A stretch of 30,537 bases of DNA, from NCBI GenBank assembly GCA_963848135.1, contig CAWKCK010000017.1:868001-898537 (forward strand), read 5' to 3'. Below are positions 25,005 to 30,537 of the stretch, piece by piece. The stretch's first letter is position 1; each line of letters starts with the position of its first letter. Under the pieces are notes generated by a model, which had not been told where the DNA came from, ran no database searches, and saw only the letters and a list, made by a program, of their open reading frames with translations. This DNA is from an uncultured delta proteobacterium. GTDB taxonomy: Bacteria; Desulfobacterota; Desulfobacteria; Desulfobacterales; SG8-13. Position numbers and translations under genes: made by a program.

Positions 25005-25862
25005 CTATTTGCCGGCATACGTTTTTGTTTGTTTGTCCGGAGACGCTTCCACGCGATTCAGGATCTCATCGACATTTGCCGTGTCGAGCCATTCAATTTG
25101 TCCTGTTCCGACGTCATAGATGGCACCGACAACTTTGGTTTTGCCCTCTTTGACGAGTGTGCGCGCTGTCGGGCTTTGCATAAAAAGATCTTCAATCGCC
25201 TGCCAAACGTTTTCTTCGATGGCATAGGGAATGATGTCATCGCCGTGAACGTCCTTGTGCTGTTCCTTGGCCCGTTGCACCGCTGGTATAATGTTGTCGA
25301 CCAGCGGGAGGATATTGATTTCGAGCTTGTGCCCTTTCCCCTCGAGCATATGGGAGACGGCGGTTACGGCACCGCATTGGCGGTGTCCCAGAACAAGGAG
25401 CACAGGTGTGTAAACGTGGGCCAGTCCATACTCGATTGTTCCCGCCTCATCGGTGTCAATGACGTTTCCCGCAACCCGAATAACGAACATATCCATAACG
25501 CCAGCATCGAAAATCAACTCAACCGGCACACGCGAATCAGCGCATGAAACGACCGTTGCGTAAGCATGGTCTCCCTGATTTTCCGTCCCTGCCAATGCAA
25601 GACGCGCGGCATCGGCATGGGGGTGGGTCGATTGCCCGGTGAAAAAGCGTTCGTTTCCCTCCTTCAGCATTTTCAAGATCTCGTCGGGAGCCGGTTTTTG
25701 GGTGTGTTGGGCTTGGGTCGCTGCACCTGCACCTTTCCCGTGCTCCGCGTCTGACGCAACATAAGAATTCGGTCCGAAAATAAGGATGCCGACGAGAAAA
25801 ACCGCCAACAGGACAACAGATGCCAATGCGACGTTCACAAGTGAGAACTTGTTAGTTTCCAT
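25005..25862 (-). CDS. Beta-class carbonic anhydrase with N-terminal membrane anchor/signal
   Basis: LKEGNERF, SCADSRVP (CxDxR), RVAGN, LGHRQCGAV (HxxC); hydrophobic N-terminus. Confidence 0.93.
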   Translation of the reverse strand: METNKFSLVNVALASVVLLAVFLVGILIFGPNSYVASDAEHGKGAGAATQAQHTQKPAPDEILKMLKEGNERFFTGQSTHPHADAARLALAGTENQGDHAYATVVSCADSRVPVELIFDAGVMDMFVIRVAGNVIDTDEAGTIEYGLAHVYTPVLLVLGHRQCGAVTAVSHMLEGKGHKLEINILPLVDNIIPAVQRAKEQHKDVHGDDIIPYAIEENVWQAIEDLFMQSPTARTLVKEGKTKVVGAIYDVGTGQIEWLDTANVDEILNRVEASPDKQTKTYAGK

Positions 25863-26296
25863 TTACTCGATCCTTTCAATTTTTTGGTGTCTTCTTTCGG
25901 TTTGGTTATCTGACAGCGGTTGTGCACCAACAGGTTGCTGAAACACGTTGTTCTTGGCAACACGACGCTGATAACGTTTTTCAATACCATGTTCTATCAA
26001 GGTCATGGCAGTTTCAAGGTATCGGTCATGAGAGCGTAACCGTCAGGTCGACAAGCGTGAATGCATGAAAATCGGCGAGAATTAACGCTGCCGGATCCTT
26101 GCCAGTTTCGGCCCGATCGACAGGCCAATGATCAAAGGGCCCTATAATTCATTTCTGGACGGCTTGTCAAATTAAGTTCCATCTCATCTTCATGCTTGCC
26201 TCGAAGAGGTTTGGCCTTGAAAGCCAGCATTTGATGAAATGTCCCGGCTGATGGGTAGCGTTTGACATCCGGAACCGGCCGACGACCTGAGCGGTC

Positions 26297-26325
26297 TTGA
26301 CAAGGGCGGCGATTGAGGTCACATT
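26297..26325 (+). promoter_or_regulatory. sigma70-like promoter for recX
   Basis: TTGACA, N17, CACATT, about 57 nt before the ATG at 26382. Confidence 0.45.
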
Positions 26326-26381
26326 CCCCTAAAACATCCAGCCGCTGTCCACGGAGCCACTTCGCATCGGAACGAAAAAAC

Positions 26382-27053
26382 ATGGAAAACATCATCACTG
26401 ATTTGAAACTCTCTAAGCGCAGGCAAGGCGGGGTAAACGTGTATCTCGACCACTGTTTTGCATTCACGGTGGACCTGCTCGAGGCGGCAGCACTATCAAA
26501 AGGCCAGGCATTGGATGCAGGTTTTGTTACCCGAATGCGAAGAAAACACGAAGGCAACTCTGCCTATGTCTGCGCCCTCCGTTACCTCAGCCATCGAATG
26601 CGCAGCCGCAAGGAGATCGACCGATATCTCTACGAACGCAGAGGGTTTGCACGCGAAACAACGGCCAGCGTCGTCAAACGCCTTACGCAAGAACGCTATC
26701 TGGATGATAAAGAATTCGCACGCCTCTTTGTCGAAAGCCGGATACGCTCCCGCCCGCGGTCGCGTGCGCTCCTGCGCCACGAACTTTCCCAAAAGGGGAT
26801 TGACGATGATGTTATAGTCGCGGTATTAGAGAAGGTTGATGATGCGTATCTCGCCTGGCGTTCAATCGAGGGCAAATTGAAACTGTGGGTTGAACTCGAT
26901 CGGGCGGACTTTAAAAAACGAATTGTCGGTTTTCTGCAGAGACGTGGGTTCCCTCTCAGCATTGCGCTGGAGACTTACTACCGTGCCCGTTCGCAAACGA
27001 TTCGGGATGAAGGGACAAGACGGAATGACGGATCCAACGAGCCGATCACTTGA
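26382..27053 (+). CDS. recX: RecX family regulatory protein (long form with N-terminal extension)
   Basis: ALRYLSHRMRSRKEI..YL, YLDDKEFA..FV..R, LRHELSQKGI, FLQRRGF three-helix repeats. Confidence 0.88.
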   Translation: MENIITDLKLSKRRQGGVNVYLDHCFAFTVDLLEAAALSKGQALDAGFVTRMRRKHEGNSAYVCALRYLSHRMRSRKEIDRYLYERRGFARETTASVVKRLTQERYLDDKEFARLFVESRIRSRPRSRALLRHELSQKGIDDDVIVAVLEKVDDAYLAWRSIEGKLKLWVELDRADFKKRIVGFLQRRGFPLSIALETYYRARSQTIRDEGTRRNDGSNEPIT

Positions 27054-27085
27054 CATGAAAACTTTACATCGATCTTTAAGGCGAC

Positions 27086-27766
27086 ATGACTGACAAGATC
27101 TCATCTTCAACCTCTGCCTCCGGACGACTGCAGGAACTCGCTAGTCATCTCGGCATCGATACAGACGATACAGAAACCCTCATCGCTGATATTATACCGG
27201 TATTAAGCCGGAAATTTGCGTTGTTTTCACGCGGAACCGCACAGGACGACCCCATGGAGAATCGGATTCAAACTGTTCTGCAGGAAGAACTTCCGAACAT
27301 TTTGTCGAACTATGCCCTCGATGATCTGATGACGAACAAAACCGTCATGCTTTTTATTATCAAGAACTTGGCGCCGGAGCTGACCGATCTGCGGGCCAAA
27401 CAGCTCGTCGATCAAAAATTCAGTCAGGCCGATCAATCCTTGGCCGATCTGCTCGCCTATCACCTCGGTGTCCGAGCCGAACAGATTCAGCACTTCAAGG
27501 AGAAGGTCATTCCACAATTAAAAAAATACACCATGGCCATGTACCGGAAAAAAGTGCGCAGCAGTGAGTCCTCCGTTGATTCTGCAGCCTACAGCCAATT
27601 TATCATTGACAACGTTTTCATTGACGAATTTGAAAACCATCCCTACATACGGTCTGTCACTGACAAGGACAACCGTGCCATTCTTCCGCCCGATGCCAAG
27701 AATGTTGCCATACAAATGATTTCGGCCTGGGAAAACGAGGTCGTGGCCGAAAAAAAACGGCAATAA
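27086..27766 (+). CDS. Hypothetical protein (226 aa, predicted mainly helical)
   Basis: Long ORF 32 bp after recX on the same strand, AAGG upstream; no recognised motif. Confidence 0.7.
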   Translation: MTDKISSSTSASGRLQELASHLGIDTDDTETLIADIIPVLSRKFALFSRGTAQDDPMENRIQTVLQEELPNILSNYALDDLMTNKTVMLFIIKNLAPELTDLRAKQLVDQKFSQADQSLADLLAYHLGVRAEQIQHFKEKVIPQLKKYTMAMYRKKVRSSESSVDSAAYSQFIIDNVFIDEFENHPYIRSVTDKDNRAILPPDAKNVAIQMISAWENEVVAEKKRQ

Positions 27767-27959
27767 ATCCCGAAGCCTGAAAATCCTATCTATCGAATCA
27801 GCGGGGTTCCCGCCGTATGCGTCGACACATCTGCTGCATGAACACCAGATATTTATCTGTTTTTAAATATGAATATTCGCCGCCGCGGGTATCCGGTAAC
27901 GCCTGGGACTGTTAATCTTTGGGATCTTCCGAGCAATTCCGGTGAGTTAACGATGAGTG

Positions 27960-28775
27960 TTATGGGAAGGTCTTGGAAAACCAATCGATAAGCTGTCTGG
28001 AGATGCTCCACTTCCCCGGAATCCGAGGCAAAGCATTGGCATCAAACCATTCGGCATCAACAATTTCTGAGGGATTCACCCGAATGTCACCTCCGGCATA
28101 TTCCGAAGTAAACGCCACCATCAATGCATTTGGAAAGGGCCAGGGCTGACTGCCGAAATAGCGGATATTTTTAACCCGGATTCCGACCTCTTCTTTGACT
28201 TCACGCCTGACACAATCCTCAAGGGTCTCACCCGGCTCCACGAACCCTGCCAGAACACTGTGAAAGCTCGAGCCGATTCGGGTCGAACGTGCGAGAAGAA
28301 TGCGACGTCCGTTCAAAACCGCAAAGATCACGGCCGGAGACACCCGCGGATAGTTGATCAAATCGCATGCAGGACAAATTTTGGCGCGCTCATTCTCCAA
28401 ATCCTGGGTGGGCTGACCGCACCGGCCACAAAACTGGTGGGTTTGTGCCCAATGAATCATTTGATTGGCCCGGCCGGCGATTCCCAGTAATTCATCACCG
28501 ACTTCCCCGAGAAGCCGTCTCACACGATGCAGTTCGCTATTCGAAGGCAGTGCGGCATCGCGACGCAACTCCGCGGTGTAACAATCGGTCTTTTTCAAAT
28601 AGCCAAGATATTGTTTCCGGATCAGATCCGTCTCGAAACGTTTAACATCGTTAACAAAGGGACAAAAGGAATCATCGCCCTGGCGGTGCAAGAGGATTCG
28701 ATCATCCCGGAACAGAAACCACCGCTGGGATCGGTCGACACCATCGGGAGGGCGTAGAGCGGGGACGAAGGTCAT
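27960..28775 (-). CDS. nudC: NAD(H) diphosphatase / NAD-cap decapping Nudix hydrolase
   Basis: Zn ribbon FCGRCG...CPAC, YPRVSPAVI, Nudix box GFVEPGETLEDCVRREVKEEVG, SQPWPFP. Confidence 0.95.
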   Translation of the reverse strand: MTFVPALRPPDGVDRSQRWFLFRDDRILLHRQGDDSFCPFVNDVKRFETDLIRKQYLGYLKKTDCYTAELRRDAALPSNSELHRVRRLLGEVGDELLGIAGRANQMIHWAQTHQFCGRCGQPTQDLENERAKICPACDLINYPRVSPAVIFAVLNGRRILLARSTRIGSSFHSVLAGFVEPGETLEDCVRREVKEEVGIRVKNIRYFGSQPWPFPNALMVAFTSEYAGGDIRVNPSEIVDAEWFDANALPRIPGKWSISRQLIDWFSKTFP

Positions 28776-28870
28776 GGGGGAATTATTCCTGTTTCAAGCG
28801 GTTGGGTTCAACAACGTTGTTTACGCGAAAATTTCGAAGAATCTTTACAGAGAAGGGCGGTTTTCCAAAT

Positions 28871-30229
28871 TTAGAATTCAAAAATTCCGATGTAGTTCTC
28901 CGGAGTAATCTTCATGAGTTCGGCTTTTATATGGTCTGCAACGTCCAATCCATCGATAAATTCAGCAATGGCCTTTGAATCGATCCGGGAGTGGGTGCGC
29001 GTCAAAGCTTTTAGGGCCTCATATGGCTCGGGATATCTTTCGCGCCGCAATACGGTCTGGATGGCCTCTGCCACAACAGCCCAGTTGTCATGCAGGTCCT
29101 TGTGGATGGCCTCCGGGTTGATAATCAACTTAGCCAGTCCTCGGTGCAAGGACGTCAGAGCTATCAACATATGGGCCAGCGGCACGCCGATGTTACGTAT
29201 AACTGTAGAGTCGGATAAATCGCGCTGCAGCCGTGATATCGGCAGTTTGGCCGACAGGTGAGACAGAACGGCGTTAGCGATGCCCAGGTTACCTTCGGCA
29301 TTTTCGAAATCGATGGGATTGACCTTGTGGGGCATGGTGGATGATCCTATTTCGCCGGGTTTGATCTGCTGTTTGAAATAGTCCATGGAAATGTATGCCC
29401 AAATATCGCGCGCCAAATCGATCAAAATGGTGTTGATCCGCTTGAGATTGTCGCAAAAGGCGGCCAGGTTGTCGTAGTGTTCTATCTGAGTCGTGTTGCG
29501 GGATCTTACCAAGCCCAGTTTTTCAGCCAACAACCGATCGGCAAAAACGAACCAGTCGATGTCGGGATAAGCAACGGCGTGGGCGTTGAAATTACCGGTC
29601 GCCCCACCAAACTTGGCCGAAAATGGCACTGTGGTGAGAAGCACCACCTGCCGCTTCAGACGCTCAACGAACACATAAATTTCCTTTCCGACGCTGGTGG
29701 GAGATGCTGGCTGTCCGTGGGTCCTTGCGAGCATCGGCACGGCCTTCCATTCCCTCGCTTTTCCGGACAGGGTGATGATAAGATCGGACAGAACCGGTTC
29801 GATCACCTCCAGCCATGCCGTCTTTACTCCATAGGGCAAGGCGGTGTTGGTGATATCCTGAGAGGTCAGACCGAAGTGGATGAATTCTTTAAACGCCCCC
29901 AGGCCGAGGCCGTCGAATTTTTCTTTTAAAAAGTATTCGACCGCCTTGACATCATGATTGGTGACTTTCTCGATGTCCTTCACGCGCTGGGCGTCATCGG
30001 GGCTGAACGAAGTATAAATCTGACGGAGTCGAGGCGCCATTGCGGTATCGAAAGATGTCAGCTGCGGCAGCGGCAGATCGCAGAGGGCCAGAAAATACTC
30101 CACCTCCACCATGACACGATGTTTGATCAGTGCGCCTTCCGAAAAGTAACGACCGAGCGTTGCAGTGGTCCGGCGATACCGTCCGTCAACCGGAGAAATT
30201 GCCGTCAACGGTGTGAGCAAGTTTTCCAT
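28871..30229 (-). CDS. purB: Adenylosuccinate lyase (E. coli-length type)
   Basis: ISPVDGRY, TNHDVKAVEY, HFGLTSQD, RTHGQPA.PT, GSSTMPHKVNPIDFENAEGN, SRLQRDL.DST. Confidence 0.97.
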   Translation of the reverse strand: MENLLTPLTAISPVDGRYRRTTATLGRYFSEGALIKHRVMVEVEYFLALCDLPLPQLTSFDTAMAPRLRQIYTSFSPDDAQRVKDIEKVTNHDVKAVEYFLKEKFDGLGLGAFKEFIHFGLTSQDITNTALPYGVKTAWLEVIEPVLSDLIITLSGKAREWKAVPMLARTHGQPASPTSVGKEIYVFVERLKRQVVLLTTVPFSAKFGGATGNFNAHAVAYPDIDWFVFADRLLAEKLGLVRSRNTTQIEHYDNLAAFCDNLKRINTILIDLARDIWAYISMDYFKQQIKPGEIGSSTMPHKVNPIDFENAEGNLGIANAVLSHLSAKLPISRLQRDLSDSTVIRNIGVPLAHMLIALTSLHRGLAKLIINPEAIHKDLHDNWAVVAEAIQTVLRRERYPEPYEALKALTRTHSRIDSKAIAEFIDGLDVADHIKAELMKITPENYIGIFEF

Positions 30230-30375
30230 GGCCTACCACCTTTTCGTATGTCTTTTCTCGTTTTCGACTTTGCCAATAACAAAGCGCAGTGTTCAGTACT
30301 GAACCACTGCGCTCCGTATATCATCTATATGGCCGATTGTCAGGTTTTACTGACAGTCGGAATCCGTGCAATCGG

Positions 30376-30537
30376 CTATTTGCTGGAACCCGAGGTTGCG
30401 CTGCTGTTTCTGGATGAATAACCGTCAGCATACCATCCGCCGCCCTTCAACTCAAATGAACAGGCCGAGATAATCTTGTGAGCTATTTTTCCGCACTTCG
30501 GGCAGGCGACTGAATCAGTTCCCATTTTGACCAATTC
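30376..30537 (-). CDS. FmdB-family zinc-ribbon protein, 5'-truncated by the window edge
   Basis: Not in ORF track. Manual translation: ...ELVKMGTDSVACPKCGKIAHKIISACSFELKGGGWYADGYSSRNSSATSGSSK*; CPxCG plus F.LKG.GWY..Y is the FmdB pattern. Confidence 0.85.
   Translation of the reverse strand, partial: ELVKMGTDSVACPKCGKIAHKIISACSFELKGGGWYADGYSSRNSSATSGSSK

Noticed and set aside
26234..26290. ATG AAA TGT CCC GGC TGA (MKCPG-U), a CxxU selenoprotein-like start
   Set aside because: Readthrough gives only 18 codons, there is no RBS and no convincing SECIS.
27960..28775. Functional link between nudC and the SIR2 protein as an NAD module
   Set aside because: About 19 kb apart; nudC sits with purB in a housekeeping context.
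1..30537. CRISPR arrays, tRNA/rRNA genes, integrases, transposases, prophage genes
   Set aside because: No regularly spaced repeats, cloverleafs or matching protein motifs found by eye; tRNAscan-SE, Infernal and CRISPR finders would confirm.

Overview
Chromosomal, mostly housekeeping/metabolic window. Gene families and repeat style suggest an anaerobic Desulfobacterota (Desulfobacterales-like) bacterium; this is inference, not a database result. Left to right: a 3'-truncated ribbon-helix-helix gene with a near-leaderless promoter; an orphan fliN; and a DUF4388 ORF plus a TM/helical-repeat/DUF1566 ORF that look like one frameshifted transmembrane gene. Next is a + strand run of ACT protein, beta-CASP nuclease, DUF1786, Rrf2 regulator, Zn-finger SIR2-like protein and Lon, followed by a folate-dependent histidine utilisation cluster (hutU-ftcD-hutI-cyclodeaminase, divergent from hutH). 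Then come an EamA transporter with a ~165-bp inverted-repeat element in its leader, ubiG-PaaI-hypothetical, small hypotheticals, a membrane PAS hybrid kinase behind a sigma28-like promoter, a membrane-anchored beta-carbonic anhydrase, recX without recA, nudC, purB and a truncated FmdB-type zinc-ribbon gene. No rRNA, tRNA, CRISPR array, transposase, integrase or reverse transcriptase was seen. Best candidates for uncharacterised biology: the Rrf2-SIR2 pair, the split DUF4388-TM-repeat-DUF1566 protein, the ACT/beta-CASP/DUF1786 operon and the MITE-like repeat family.
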